Source of the DNA: an uncultured delta proteobacterium
GTDB taxonomy: Bacteria > Desulfobacterota > Syntrophia > Syntrophales > UBA2185
DNA length: 64,000 nt
Direction: 5' to 3'
Assembly (NCBI GenBank): GCA_963729715.1
Contig: CAVSPA010000005.1
Location: 608,001-672,000, forward strand
The notes below the pieces were generated by a model. That model was not told the origin of the DNA and did no database searches. It saw nothing but the letters and a program-made list of their open reading frames with translations. Both the position numbers and the translations under genes were made by a program. Each line of letters starts with the position of its first letter. Within the stretch, counting starts at the first letter, position 1. Shown here piece after piece: positions 40,064-52,628 of this stretch.

Positions 40064-42583
40064 TCACACTTTTTCTTCATCGTCCGCAGATAATTCTAGC
40101 TCGTTTATGGTTTCTTCATCTGCATCTTCCTGCGGCAAGCCATTATCCTTTTCTTCCGGTTCCCTCTCGGCGCGGGCGACACCAACCAGCTTCTCTTCAG
40201 GATCAATCTCAATCAGTCTTACTCCTTGAGTACTTCTATGAAGGAGAGGAACTTCTGCAACCTTCAGACGTATGATCTTTCCGGCGTTGCTGATCAGCAT
40301 AATATCTTCATCGCCCGTAACCTGAAGGACCCCTGAAACATTTCCTACCTTGGAAACTGTTTTGAGATTTATAACCCCTTGGCCGCCGCGGCTTTGCCGC
40401 CGGTATTCTTCCACTTCGGTGCGCTTGCCATAGCCGTTTTCGGAAACTGTTATAATAGAATTGCCTTCCGATGGTATCTCCATCCCGACCACGGCATCAT
40501 CATCGTCCATGCGAATGCCGATAACGCCCCTGGCCGTTCTCCCCATATCCCGGACGTCATCTTCATGGAAAAGGATGGACTGGCCTTTTCTCGTCCCCAA
40601 AAAGACATCCTGATCTCCGTGGGTCAACTGGACGGCAATCAGCTCGTCTCCTTCGTCAATGGATATGGCGATGATTCCTCCGGACCGCGGGTTCGAATAG
40701 GCTGCGAGATCGGTCTTTTTTGCTATGCCTTTCCTCGTCACCATAATCACATACTTCCCCTCGACGAACTCTTGGACAGGAAGTATCGCCGCCACCCGTT
40801 CTCCCGGCGACAGATTGACGAGGTTGACAATTGCCTTTCCTTTCGATGCGCGTCCGGCCTGGGGAATCTGGTAAACTTTGAGCCAGTATACCCTTCCCAA
40901 GTTCGTAAAGATCAGTATATAGTTATGGGTGGAGGCGATGAATATCTTCTCGACAAAATCCTCCTCCTTGGTTCCCATTCCGACCTTCCCCTTGCCGCCG
41001 CGGCGCTGGCTTCTGTAAAGGCTCACGGCGTTCCTCTTAATATAGCCAGAGTGGGACACGGTCACCACCATGTCTTCTTCCACGATCATGTCCTCGATAT
41101 CAATATCCTCCACGCTTTCCACGATCTCCGTGCGTCTCTCATCGCCATACTTTTTCTTGATCTCTTCAAGTTCCGCCACGATGAGATCGAGCACCTTCTT
41201 GGTATCGTCCAGAATCCCCTGTAATTGGGCGACCAGCCGGATGAGTTCCGCGTACTCGTCATCGATCTTGGCCCGCTCGAGACCTGTAAGCCTCTGCAGG
41301 CGCATATCGAGGATAGCCCGCGCCTGGATCTCAGAAAGGCCAAACTTTTCCGTCAGGGCCTGCGTTGCCTCCTGGGGATTCTTGGATTTCTTGATGAGCT
41401 GAACTACGGCATCGATATTATTAAGGGCGATGATGAGTCCTTCCAGGATATGCGCCCGTTCCTTCGCTTTCCTGAGATCAAAGATCGTCCTGCGCGTGAT
41501 GACCTCCTTGCGGAAGTCCACAAATTTCTGGAGGACCTCTTTGAGATTGAGCACCTTCGGCTGGTTGCGGTCGATTGCGAGCATGATAACCCCGAAGCTC
41601 GTCCCCATCTGTGTATGCTTGTATAGCTGGTTGAGGATCACGCCGGAAGGCTCATCCTTCTTCAAGTCTATGACGATCCGTATTCCGTCCCGGTCCGATT
41701 CGTCCCTAAGATCGGAGATGCCTTCCATCTTCTTCTCTTTCACGAGTTCGGAAATCTTTTCAATGAGATTGGCCTTATTCACGAGGTAGGGGAGCTCAGT
41801 TACGACGATGCTTTCACGGTCGTTCCTCGCGTTTCTCTCGATGCTCGCCCTGGCCCTCATGCGTATGGAACCCCTGCCTGTAGTATACGCGGAGACGATC
41901 CCTTCCCTGCCGTTGATGAAACCGGCCGTCGGGAAATCAGGGCCTTTGATATGAACCATCAGTTCGGGAACCGTGATCTCCGGATCGCGGATCAGGGCTA
42001 TTGTCCCGTCGATGAGCTCGCTTAAGTTATGGGGCGGGATATTTGTCGCCACACCAACAGCGATCCCGGAAGTGCCGTTTAGCAGAAGCGCAGGCATACG
42101 CGCAGGCAGTACCGTAGGCTCCTCCATGGTGGCGTCATAGTTCGGAACAAAATCTACCGTTTCTTTTTCGAGGTCGGCAAGCATCTCCTCTGCAAGCCTC
42201 GCCATGCGGATCTCCGTGTAACGCATCGCCGCAGGCGGATCTCCATCGACGCTCCCGAAATTTCCCTGACCGTCAATCAGGGGATAGCGCATGGAGAAGT
42301 CCTGGGCCATGCGGACAAGGGTGTCATACGCAGCGGTATCGCCGTGAGGGTGATACTTACCGATGATATCCCCGACGATCCTGGCGGATTTCTTATAGGC
42401 CTTGTTCCAGACGTTCCCCATTTCCGACATGGCGAAGAGAACCCGGCGATGGACCGGTTTCATGCCGTCCCGAACATCCGGGATGGCGCGGCCGATTATC
42501 ACGCTCATCGCGTAATCCATGTAGGATTTTTTCATTTCATCTTCGATATTGATGGGGATGTTCTTCTGGAAAAGCTGCTCCAT
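40064..42583 (-). CDS. gyrA: DNA gyrase subunit A
   Basis: [15 protein letters not shown] and GyrA-box QRRGGKG; ATG at 42583 with GAGGA RBS. Confidence 0.97.
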   Translation of the reverse strand: MEQLFQKNIPINIEDEMKKSYMDYAMSVIIGRAIPDVRDGMKPVHRRVLFAMSEMGNVWNKAYKKSARIVGDIIGKYHPHGDTAAYDTLVRMAQDFSMRYPLIDGQGNFGSVDGDPPAAMRYTEIRMARLAEEMLADLEKETVDFVPNYDATMEEPTVLPARMPALLLNGTSGIAVGVATNIPPHNLSELIDGTIALIRDPEITVPELMVHIKGPDFPTAGFINGREGIVSAYTTGRGSIRMRARASIERNARNDRESIVVTELPYLVNKANLIEKISELVKEKKMEGISDLRDESDRDGIRIVIDLKKDEPSGVILNQLYKHTQMGTSFGVIMLAIDRNQPKVLNLKEVLQKFVDFRKEVITRRTIFDLRKAKERAHILEGLIIALNNIDAVVQLIKKSKNPQEATQALTEKFGLSEIQARAILDMRLQRLTGLERAKIDDEYAELIRLVAQLQGILDDTKKVLDLIVAELEEIKKKYGDERRTEIVESVEDIDIEDMIVEEDMVVTVSHSGYIKRNAVSLYRSQRRGGKGKVGMGTKEEDFVEKIFIASTHNYILIFTNLGRVYWLKVYQIPQAGRASKGKAIVNLVNLSPGERVAAILPVQEFVEGKYVIMVTRKGIAKKTDLAAYSNPRSGGIIAISIDEGDELIAVQLTHGDQDVFLGTRKGQSILFHEDDVRDMGRTARGVIGIRMDDDDAVVGMEIPSEGNSIITVSENGYGKRTEVEEYRRQSRGGQGVINLKTVSKVGNVSGVLQVTGDEDIMLISNAGKIIRLKVAEVPLLHRSTQGVRLIEIDPEEKLVGVARAEREPEEKDNGLPQEDADEETINELELSADDEEKV

Positions 42584-42768
42584 AATTTTCAAGTCCTCAC
42601 TATACGTTTTAGCTTCTAAAAACACCTGCAATTTCAAGCATTAACGTGGCAGGTATTCTATAAAATTTTATACCACTTTTTGCCAAATAAGTCGCGTTAT
42701 TTTTTATCTTTTTGCCGGGTTAAAAAGAGGGGATTTCAGGCACGGCTGCTCACTAGGACAGTGTATCC

Positions 42769-45222
<2,454 letters not shown>

Positions 45223-45302
45223 CTATTGCGAGGAGGGCTGTAGCCCGGATGCGCAGTCTCCGTGCCAACGGCGCTCTACACCTCGCGATGAGGCACGGTC
45301 GT

Positions 45303-46427
45303 TTATTGAAGCTTCAACGGCATGACGATACACAGATAATCATCCTTCTCTGCAGGCCTTATAACGCCCGGTTTCATGCCCGTGCCTATCTCGAAGATGA
45401 CTGTTTTCTCATCGATAACCTCTATTGCATCGATCAAATATTTGACGTTATAACCTACGGAGAACTCACTGTCGTGATAGTCTACTTCAATCTCATCTTT
45501 GGCTTCTCCCACATCCGGATTTGCCGATTCTAACACCATTCTGCCATCATCCAGTTTAATTATTACTCCACTGTACCTTTCGCTTGATATAACACTCATC
45601 CTTCTCAAGGCATGTAGAATTCTGTCTTTATCGAATTGCACGAGGACCCCCTTCTCCGTGGGTATGACCCGCTTGTAGTCGGGATAATCTGCATCAACCA
45701 AGCTAACCTTTAACATCGTGCTGTCTGTCTTGATGACGCACATGCCTTGCCGCACGCCTACGAAGATATCCTCCGGTGCACTTTCGATGAGCCTTCTGAT
45801 TTCACCCAATCCCTTCCTCGGAATTATAACTCCCTTTTCCATCCGCAAGAACGGTGTCCCCTCCGTGTCCACATTAGCCATAGCCAGGCGATGACCATCC
45901 GTCGCGATCATGCGCAACTTATTCTTGCCACCATCATCTATAGTTTCAAAGAAGACTCCATTTAGATTTTTCCTCATTTCATCTGCCGACATGGCAAATG
46001 ATGTCTTACGAATTAATCTCTCAATCAATTGCCCTTTGATCTTATAGAAATTCAATTCACTGCGATCATCAACGACACTTGGGAAGTCGTCTGCCGGCAA
46101 ACCGGGTATCTTATAGATTATCTTCTGCGAGGTCAGTGTTACCCTATGGTTCTCGTTTGCTTCACACAGAATGGTATCACCTTCGATCTCTCTGATCATT
46201 TCATAGAGTTTTCTTGCAGAAACGGTCACATCGCCTTTATTTATGATTTCTGCTTGATGGTCTGCCACCAATCCTATCTCCCTGTCAGTCGCCACAATTG
46301 TTATTTTATCTTTTTCCGCCTTGATCAAAACATTGTTGAGGATCGGCATGGTTGTTTTCTTCTCCACGATGCTGAGCGTCTTTTGGATGCCTTCCAGAAA
46401 AGAATCTCTTTGTATACTAAATTTCAT
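45303..46427 (-). CDS. dnaN: DNA polymerase III beta sliding clamp
   Basis: ATDREI, ATDGHRLA, YPDYKRVIP and VMPL motifs. Confidence 0.97.
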   Translation of the reverse strand: MKFSIQRDSFLEGIQKTLSIVEKKTTMPILNNVLIKAEKDKITIVATDREIGLVADHQAEIINKGDVTVSARKLYEMIREIEGDTILCEANENHRVTLTSQKIIYKIPGLPADDFPSVVDDRSELNFYKIKGQLIERLIRKTSFAMSADEMRKNLNGVFFETIDDGGKNKLRMIATDGHRLAMANVDTEGTPFLRMEKGVIIPRKGLGEIRRLIESAPEDIFVGVRQGMCVIKTDSTMLKVSLVDADYPDYKRVIPTEKGVLVQFDKDRILHALRRMSVISSERYSGVIIKLDDGRMVLESANPDVGEAKDEIEVDYHDSEFSVGYNVKYLIDAIEVIDEKTVIFEIGTGMKPGVIRPAEKDDYLCIVMPLKLQ

Positions 46428-46439
46428 TACCGTACCCTC

Positions 46440-46570
46440 CCTCTATTTTAAGTTATATTATTTATTAAATATAATAGTCATAGTAATAGTCCCTGTTACG
46501 ATTGTTCATAGGTAGACTTACTTATGTTGTCCCGCAAAGATAGACCAAACATCATTGTTGATAACCTGTG
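46440..46570. other. oriC unwinding region (AT-rich DUE, DnaA-trios, DnaA boxes)
   Basis: AT-rich 46444-46471; TAA TAG TCA TAG TAA TAG at 46472-46489; CCC; degenerate tandem boxes at 46494-46511; TGTTGATAA at 46556-46564; located in the dnaA-dnaN intergenic region. Confidence 0.8.
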
Positions 46571-46583
46571 AGGCAAAAAGTTG

Positions 46584-47939
46584 TTAACTTCTCTGCTGCA
46601 AAGACTCCTCAATTTCTTGGACGATTTTTTTTAGATTTTTATCCTCGTCACAGCCTTTTTTCATCTTATTGTTGGCATAGATGACCGTAGAATGGTCCCG
46701 TCCGCCTATCTTTTCCCCGATGTCGGGGAATGATAAAGCAGTCAGTTTCCTCGCAAGATACATGGCAATCTGTCTTGCGAATACAAGATTTTTATTCTTC
46801 TTCTGCGATTTAATGTCTGATATCTTTACATTGAGTTTAGCGGCTATTGTTTTTATAATTTCCTCAATTGTGACTTCTTCCTTTTCAATTCTCTTCAGAA
46901 TCCTCTTTAAGACCTCTTTGGTAAGGTTTATATCAATCTCTTTACCGGTGAGAGAGGAGAAAGCGGAAATTCTTATGAGATAGCCCTCAAGTTCCCTGAT
47001 GTTAGATTCCACCTGGGATGCTACATAATGCGCAACGTTAGTCGGCAGAGTCAGATTATTTTCCTGGGCCTTTTTTTCCAGAATGGCGATTTTTGTCTCA
47101 ATCTCCGGGGGATGAATATCGGCGATAAGGCCCCACTCAAACCGTGAACGCAACCTGTTTTCCATGTTCGGTATGTCTTTGGGAAACTTGTCACTCGAAA
47201 CGACGATTTGTTTGCCGGAATCGTGCAGGGTATTAAAGGTATGAAAAAATTCCTCCTGCGTCTTTTCCTTCCCGGCAACGAACTGAATGTCATCGATGAG
47301 AAGACAGTCAATGTTTCTGTATTTCTCCCTGAACTTCGGCATCCTGTCATACCTGATCGAATTGATCAATTCGTTCATGAACTCTTCCGCAGAAACATAC
47401 ACAACGTTCATGTCCGGATGGCGCGAAAGCGCGCGAAGCCCGATAGCATTAAGCAGATGTGTTTTTCCCAGACCAACACCGCCATAGATAAACAGGGGAT
47501 TATAATTCTTGGCAGGCTGCTCAGCTACAGATACGGATGCTGCATGAGCGAATTGGTTGCACGGTCCCACGACAAATCTTTCAAAACTGTAATGAGGATT
47601 CAATGACTGATTAATTCCCGAGCGGACACGCTTGCTCTGAGAGCGTGTTTTTTCCTGGTGTTCCCCGTGACGGCGGACAGATGTTTGGCTTTTTTTCATT
47701 TCCTGGCCGATCTGAAGCTCTACTTTCAAGTCGAGGCCCGCCACCTTCGCGATGGCCTCCCTGATGACATATTGGTAGTTTTCTATCAGCCAGTCTTTGA
47801 AAAACTTATTGGGGACATTTAAGGTGACATTGTTACCCTCCAGGGAAGACATTTTGATGGGCCTAATCCAGGTCTCGAAGTTCTGCGGACTGACCTTTTC
47901 TTTAATGATTTGAATACTCTTTTCCCAAAGCATGTCCAA
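46584..47939 (-). CDS. dnaA: Chromosomal replication initiator DnaA
   Basis: YNPLFIYGGVGLGKTHL, IDDIQF, RLRSRFEWGL and GGRDHSTV motifs. Confidence 0.98.
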   Translation of the reverse strand: MDMLWEKSIQIIKEKVSPQNFETWIRPIKMSSLEGNNVTLNVPNKFFKDWLIENYQYVIREAIAKVAGLDLKVELQIGQEMKKSQTSVRRHGEHQEKTRSQSKRVRSGINQSLNPHYSFERFVVGPCNQFAHAASVSVAEQPAKNYNPLFIYGGVGLGKTHLLNAIGLRALSRHPDMNVVYVSAEEFMNELINSIRYDRMPKFREKYRNIDCLLIDDIQFVAGKEKTQEEFFHTFNTLHDSGKQIVVSSDKFPKDIPNMENRLRSRFEWGLIADIHPPEIETKIAILEKKAQENNLTLPTNVAHYVASQVESNIRELEGYLIRISAFSSLTGKEIDINLTKEVLKRILKRIEKEEVTIEEIIKTIAAKLNVKISDIKSQKKNKNLVFARQIAMYLARKLTALSFPDIGEKIGGRDHSTVIYANNKMKKGCDEDKNLKKIVQEIEESLQQRS

Positions 47940-47950
47940 TGCTACTCACC

Positions 47951-47982
47951 TTATAGACAATGTTGTCAACACCTGTTGATAA
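47951..47982. promoter_or_regulatory. Cluster of three DnaA-box-like 9-mers upstream of dnaA
   Basis: TTATAGACA (47951), TTGTCAACA (47963), TGTTGATAA (47974). Confidence 0.65.
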
Positions 47983-47988
47983 ATCAAT

Positions 47989-48861
47989 TTACCTGGAAAT
48001 ACGTTTACTGTCGACGACATTCATCAGTAATGTCACAAGTCGATTCAGTTCTTCCGCCGTCCTAAACTTGATATCTATAGATCCCTTGTTCTTGCGCTGG
48101 CGAATATGAGTTTCCGTCATCAGCTTCGAAGATAGCTCTTTTTCAAGATCGCGAAGGAACGGGTCCTTTTTCTTGGCCTTCTTTTCCGCGGGCGTTTTTC
48201 TCAGTTTTTGAATCAGGCCTTCTGTTTCCCGAACGCTGAGAGCCTTCTTCATGATGACATTGAGGAATCTGATCTGTTCTCCCGGCGAATCGAGCATGAG
48301 TATGGATCTGGCATGCCCGGAACTAATGGTTTTATTAATCAGAGCCGACCTGATTTCCCGGGGCAGTTTCAGCAACCTTAATGTGTTGGCAATAGTTGAG
48401 CGATCCTTCCCAACTCTCGAAGAGAGCTCCTCCTGCGACAGGCTGAACTTATTGATCAGAGTCTGGTAAGCCTCAGCCTCTTCCAGGGGGTTCAAATTTT
48501 CACGCAGAAGGTTCTCTAAGAGAGACAATTCTGCTGCCGCTGCGTCGGGTGCCTCTCTGATAATAACCGGCACTTCCTTAAGGCCTGCTTCCTGAGCGGC
48601 CCTCCAGCGCCTCTCCCCCGCTATAATCTCGTAGCCCGAAGCGGATCTCCGCACAACGATAGGCTGAATGATGCCATTCTTCTTTATGGATGCGACAAGG
48701 CGTTTCTGTTCCCTGTCATTGAAATCCTTGCGGGCCTGGAACCGGTTGGGGGAAAGCTCTTCAATTCCGCATACAATGTACGAAGGCCTTGTGCTGACAT
48801 TATCAAGCAGGTCGGGAAACAACGCCCCGAGCCCCTTGCCGAGGGAACTTTTTGGCTGCAT
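47989..48861 (-). CDS. parB: Chromosome partitioning protein ParB/Spo0J
   Basis: LGKGLGAL, GIIQPIVVR, IIAGERRWRA and HTH GKDRSTIANTLRLL motifs. Confidence 0.96.
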   Translation of the reverse strand: MQPKSSLGKGLGALFPDLLDNVSTRPSYIVCGIEELSPNRFQARKDFNDREQKRLVASIKKNGIIQPIVVRRSASGYEIIAGERRWRAAQEAGLKEVPVIIREAPDAAAAELSLLENLLRENLNPLEEAEAYQTLINKFSLSQEELSSRVGKDRSTIANTLRLLKLPREIRSALINKTISSGHARSILMLDSPGEQIRFLNVIMKKALSVRETEGLIQKLRKTPAEKKAKKKDPFLRDLEKELSSKLMTETHIRQRKNKGSIDIKFRTAEELNRLVTLLMNVVDSKRISR

Positions 48862-49632
48862 CTAAATCCTCCCGTTGACCAGGATTTCTCGAGCGAGGTC
48901 CATGTAGGAAACAGCGCCGCGGGACTTGATATCATAGAGAATGATGGGGAGACCATGACTCGGACTTTCAGATAACCTGACATTTCTCGGTATAATTGTA
49001 TTAAAAACTTTCCCCCCCAAATGCCTTCTCACATCCTCACTCACCCTGTGGGACAGCGAATTTCTCGTATCAAACATGGTGAGCAGAATGCCCCCCAGGG
49101 ACAAAGATGGATTCAGCCGTGCTTTAACAAGTTTGACGGTATTGAGTAAATATCCGAGGCCCTCCATAGCAAAATATTCACACTGCAGGGGGATGATCAC
49201 GGAGTCCGAAGCAACAAGGGCGTTTACCGTTAAGAATCCGAGAGACGGCGGACAATCGATAATGATGTAGTCGTACGCAATATCAAGGCTCTTCAACAGC
49301 TCGCGGAGCTTTTTCTCCCGGTTTTCAAGATTTACGAATTCTACCTCGATCCCTATCAAATCCTGGTTCGCAGGCGCCACGTCAAGGCAGGGCAACTGGG
49401 TACCAACAATTACCTCTTTTAAGGGAACCTTACCGATGAGGGAATGATAAAGATTTTTCTTGTTGATGGTTTCCCTGTCTATGCCCATGCCGCTCGACGC
49501 ATTGCCCTGAGAGTCGCAGTCGATGAGCAGGGTTCTCTTTTCCGCCGCCGCCAAGGTTGCGGCAATATTTATGGCAGTGGTTGTCTTTCCGACACCCCCT
49601 TTTTGGTTTGCTATGCATATGATTTTACGCAT
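48862..49632 (-). CDS. parA: Chromosome partitioning ATPase ParA/Soj
   Basis: NQKGGVGKTTT, DCPPSLG, PLQCEYFA and IPRNVRLSESPS motifs. Confidence 0.96.
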   Translation of the reverse strand: MRKIICIANQKGGVGKTTTAINIAATLAAAEKRTLLIDCDSQGNASSGMGIDRETINKKNLYHSLIGKVPLKEVIVGTQLPCLDVAPANQDLIGIEVEFVNLENREKKLRELLKSLDIAYDYIIIDCPPSLGFLTVNALVASDSVIIPLQCEYFAMEGLGYLLNTVKLVKARLNPSLSLGGILLTMFDTRNSLSHRVSEDVRRHLGGKVFNTIIPRNVRLSESPSHGLPIILYDIKSRGAVSYMDLAREILVNGRI

Positions 49633-49704
49633 GATTTAGCAGAGCACACACCCGGCATTTTGAGACGTAAATTTTGGAGAGACGTTAGCATAAAACACGA
49701 ATCT

Positions 49705-50391
49705 TTAGAAGGAATATTTACCTTGTAAAGAAAGTTTTTCATAAATTATAATTCTTCGAAAATCACCGGTTATAGGCAATGTCAAATCATGGCTTCCGAT
49801 ATATTTTAGCCCCAGACTATGAGATATCGCGACGGCATCTGTCAGTTCTTGATCGGACATTTTCCCTTTCATTGCTATCAAGGAACCTTTCGGGGCAAGA
49901 AAAAATGCGCCCATTCGGAGGAATTCTAGTAGCTTAAAAGTGGCCCTCGATGTGACTACCTGATAAGAATCTTTGCACGTTTCGTCTTCCATCAGAGCTT
50001 GAGCCCGGTTATGGATAACCACAGTCTCTGCGAGGCCCAAACTGCGGATCACATGCTTCAGAAAAGACGTTTTTTTGCGTGATGACTCGAGGAGGAAGAC
50101 CTTCAGTGAATATACCGCGATCTTTAAAGGGATACCGGGGAATCCGGCTCCTGAGCCGATATCGAGAACCTGACAGGTTTCAGACTTGATATACGGCAAC
50201 AGCGTCAAGGAGTCAATGAAATGTTTTATGATAATGTCGCGTTCTGATTTCGTGGAGATCAGGTTTATCTTTTTGTTCCAGGCAAGAAGTTCATCGTAAT
50301 AGGCTGCAAACAGGCAAAGCTCTCCCTTTCCAAGGGCTATTCCCATTGCATTTGCAGCTTCGCAAAGTATTTGCGATATCCGCTCTTCCAT
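49705..50391 (-). CDS. rsmG: 16S rRNA m7G527 methyltransferase RsmG (GidB)
   Basis: WNKKINL, KHFIDSL, DIGSGAGFPGIPL, SRA and MKG motifs. Confidence 0.95.
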   Translation of the reverse strand: MEERISQILCEAANAMGIALGKGELCLFAAYYDELLAWNKKINLISTKSERDIIIKHFIDSLTLLPYIKSETCQVLDIGSGAGFPGIPLKIAVYSLKVFLLESSRKKTSFLKHVIRSLGLAETVVIHNRAQALMEDETCKDSYQVVTSRATFKLLEFLRMGAFFLAPKGSLIAMKGKMSDQELTDAVAISHSLGLKYIGSHDLTLPITGDFRRIIIYEKLSLQGKYSF

Positions 50392-50516
50392 TGATTAGTT
50401 CTTGCAGAGGTCGCTAGGCATGTCAACCTTTTCTTATCCTGTTTCGAATCGGCTGAACCGATGTCAATGCAAATTTTTAGTAGAAATAATATCCATTATC
50501 TAATAAATGCAACAAG

Positions 50517-51266
50517 GTGAGAGGGGAGGTGCCCGTGAGAGCAAAAAACGAGAAGATTACAATCGTTCTGAACAAGCCGAAATATCCGGGCAATGTCGGG
50601 TCCGTGGCGAGGTGCGCGAGGAATATGGGAATCGAGAAAATTTCTGTCGTGGGTAACAGAGACCTTGCCTCCGAGGAGATGAAACAGATGGCCACCCATT
50701 TTGCTGCCGGTATTGTGGATCGTATTCAGCATTTCGACGCCTTGGATGAAGCATTGGCGCGGTTTCAGTATATCGTCGGGACCACATCGAGGCGCGGCTC
50801 TGCAAGAGGCCCAGTTGTATCTCCGAGAGAGATGGCGGCACGTATCGTGGATGCATCCCAGGAGAATGAAGTAGCGCTGCTATTCGGACCGGAGGATACG
50901 GGATTGTCGAACGATGATCTCCGGTTTTGCCACCTGTTGGTAACCATACCCACATCCAAACATAACAAATCCATCAACCTTTCTCATGCGGCCATGATTC
51001 TCTGCTACGAGATCTTCGTGGCCCACATGGAGTCCCTGGAGTCATTTACACCCCGTCTCGCTCAATCAGCAGAGCTCGAAGGGATGTACGAACATGTAAA
51101 GGGGATATTGATGAAGATTGGTTTCCTGAATCCGGAGAACCCAGATTTTTGGATGATGCATATCCGCCGTTTCCTCTCCCGGACAAATCTCTTCTCCAGG
51201 GAGGTGAAGATTATCAGGGGCGTTTGCCGGCAGTTAGACTGGTATCTGAAAAACAAAAAGACTTGA
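50517..51266 (+). CDS. trmJ: TrmJ/TrmH-family SPOUT RNA methyltransferase
   Basis: PGNVGSVAR, LFGPEDTGLSN and SINLSHA motifs. Confidence 0.88.
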   Translation: MRGEVPVRAKNEKITIVLNKPKYPGNVGSVARCARNMGIEKISVVGNRDLASEEMKQMATHFAAGIVDRIQHFDALDEALARFQYIVGTTSRRGSARGPVVSPREMAARIVDASQENEVALLFGPEDTGLSNDDLRFCHLLVTIPTSKHNKSINLSHAAMILCYEIFVAHMESLESFTPRLAQSAELEGMYEHVKGILMKIGFLNPENPDFWMMHIRRFLSRTNLFSREVKIIRGVCRQLDWYLKNKKT

Positions 51267-51318
51267 CTTTCCATCGACAGAAATTTATTACTCATTGAAA
51301 TTTCATGGGGGTGCAATC

Positions 51319-52479
51319 ATGTATAAGAATTTCTCCTTCACGGGTGCCAAGAAAATCATCTTTGGCAACGGTGCCATAGAGTCTCTAGTAGAGCATGTTC
51401 GTGAACTGAAGGCGAGCCGTCCCCTCATCGTCCTCGATAGGAACCTAGGCAAGACAGATCTCAAAGGGAAGGTCTTGGATATACTTGGTAACGGCGGTCT
51501 TAAGGCGACCCTGTATGATCAGAAGGTTGAAGCCGAGCCGAGGCTTGAGGTAGCTGATGAGGGAGTGAAAGCGGCCCAGAAAGGGAAATGTGACATCGTC
51601 GTGGGCATCGGGGGAGGAAGCGCCATGGATGTGGCAAAGGCCATTGCCGTCCTTGCAGCCAACAACGGCAGGGCCAAGGATTATTTAGGGCTGAATAAAG
51701 TGCCCGGACCCGGGCTTCCCAAGATCATGATTCCCACTACGGCAGGAACGGGAAGCGAGGTCACCTTTACGGCTGTCTTTGTCAGGCAGAACCTGAAGAA
51801 GAAAGAAGGGATGAACAGCCCGCACCTTTATCCCGAGCTGGCGATCCTTGATCCTACCCTCACACTTTCTCTCCCTGCTGTTTCCACGGCATCAACAGGT
51901 ATAGATGCCCTCTGTCACGCGATAGAATCCTACACATCAATTAATGCCTCTCCTATGAGTGAGTTGCTTTCCCTCGAAGCTATTTATTTGATTTCGTCGA
52001 ATCTTCGCACATGTGTCCATGATGGTAGCAACCTGGAGGCAAGGGGAAATATGCTCCTCGGGAGCCTTTATGCGGGTCTGGGTCTCGCCAACGCCGGTGT
52101 CGGCGCCGTTCATTCCCTCTCCTATCCTCTCGGAGGGAAATATGGTGTCTCCCATGGCCTCTCCAACACCATCATGCTGCCGCATGTGATGGCCTTCAAT
52201 CTGCCTGGGGCCCTCGAAAAATTTACTGTCGTCGCCGAAACGATGGGAGAGGTGATCGATACTCTGCCGCTCCGCGAAGCGGCGTTCATGGCCGTAGAAG
52301 CAGTACAGGCGCTGATTGAAGACTGCGGCATCTACACCACCCTCGAGGACTTGGGCATACCCGAGGAGGCGCTGCCTGAGCTTGCCGAAGTGGCGATGAC
52401 GGTTCTCCGGCCTTTGGAGAACAATCCTCGGAAATTGACCATAGAGGATGCCATAGATATATACGGAGAGGCATATTAA
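51319..52479 (+). CDS. Iron-containing alcohol dehydrogenase, candidate Kdo 8-oxidase (KdnB-like)
   Basis: GGGSAMD, PTTAGTGSE, DALCHAIE and HG motifs; directly upstream of the kdnA-like gene. Family is secure, specific function is inferred. Confidence 0.85.
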   Translation: MYKNFSFTGAKKIIFGNGAIESLVEHVRELKASRPLIVLDRNLGKTDLKGKVLDILGNGGLKATLYDQKVEAEPRLEVADEGVKAAQKGKCDIVVGIGGGSAMDVAKAIAVLAANNGRAKDYLGLNKVPGPGLPKIMIPTTAGTGSEVTFTAVFVRQNLKKKEGMNSPHLYPELAILDPTLTLSLPAVSTASTGIDALCHAIESYTSINASPMSELLSLEAIYLISSNLRTCVHDGSNLEARGNMLLGSLYAGLGLANAGVGAVHSLSYPLGGKYGVSHGLSNTIMLPHVMAFNLPGALEKFTVVAETMGEVIDTLPLREAAFMAVEAVQALIEDCGIYTTLEDLGIPEEALPELAEVAMTVLRPLENNPRKLTIEDAIDIYGEAY

Positions 52480-52628
52480 GCGAAGGCCGTCGAGTGTCTT
52501 TTCGAGGTACATGTGTAGAACTAATCAAGCGAGTCATTTTGGAGGAGATTAGCCAAGCAAGAAATGACAGAAGAAAACTGCGACACGTTATCGATGCAGG
52601 ATGATAACAAGGTAGTGGAGGTAGTTAT

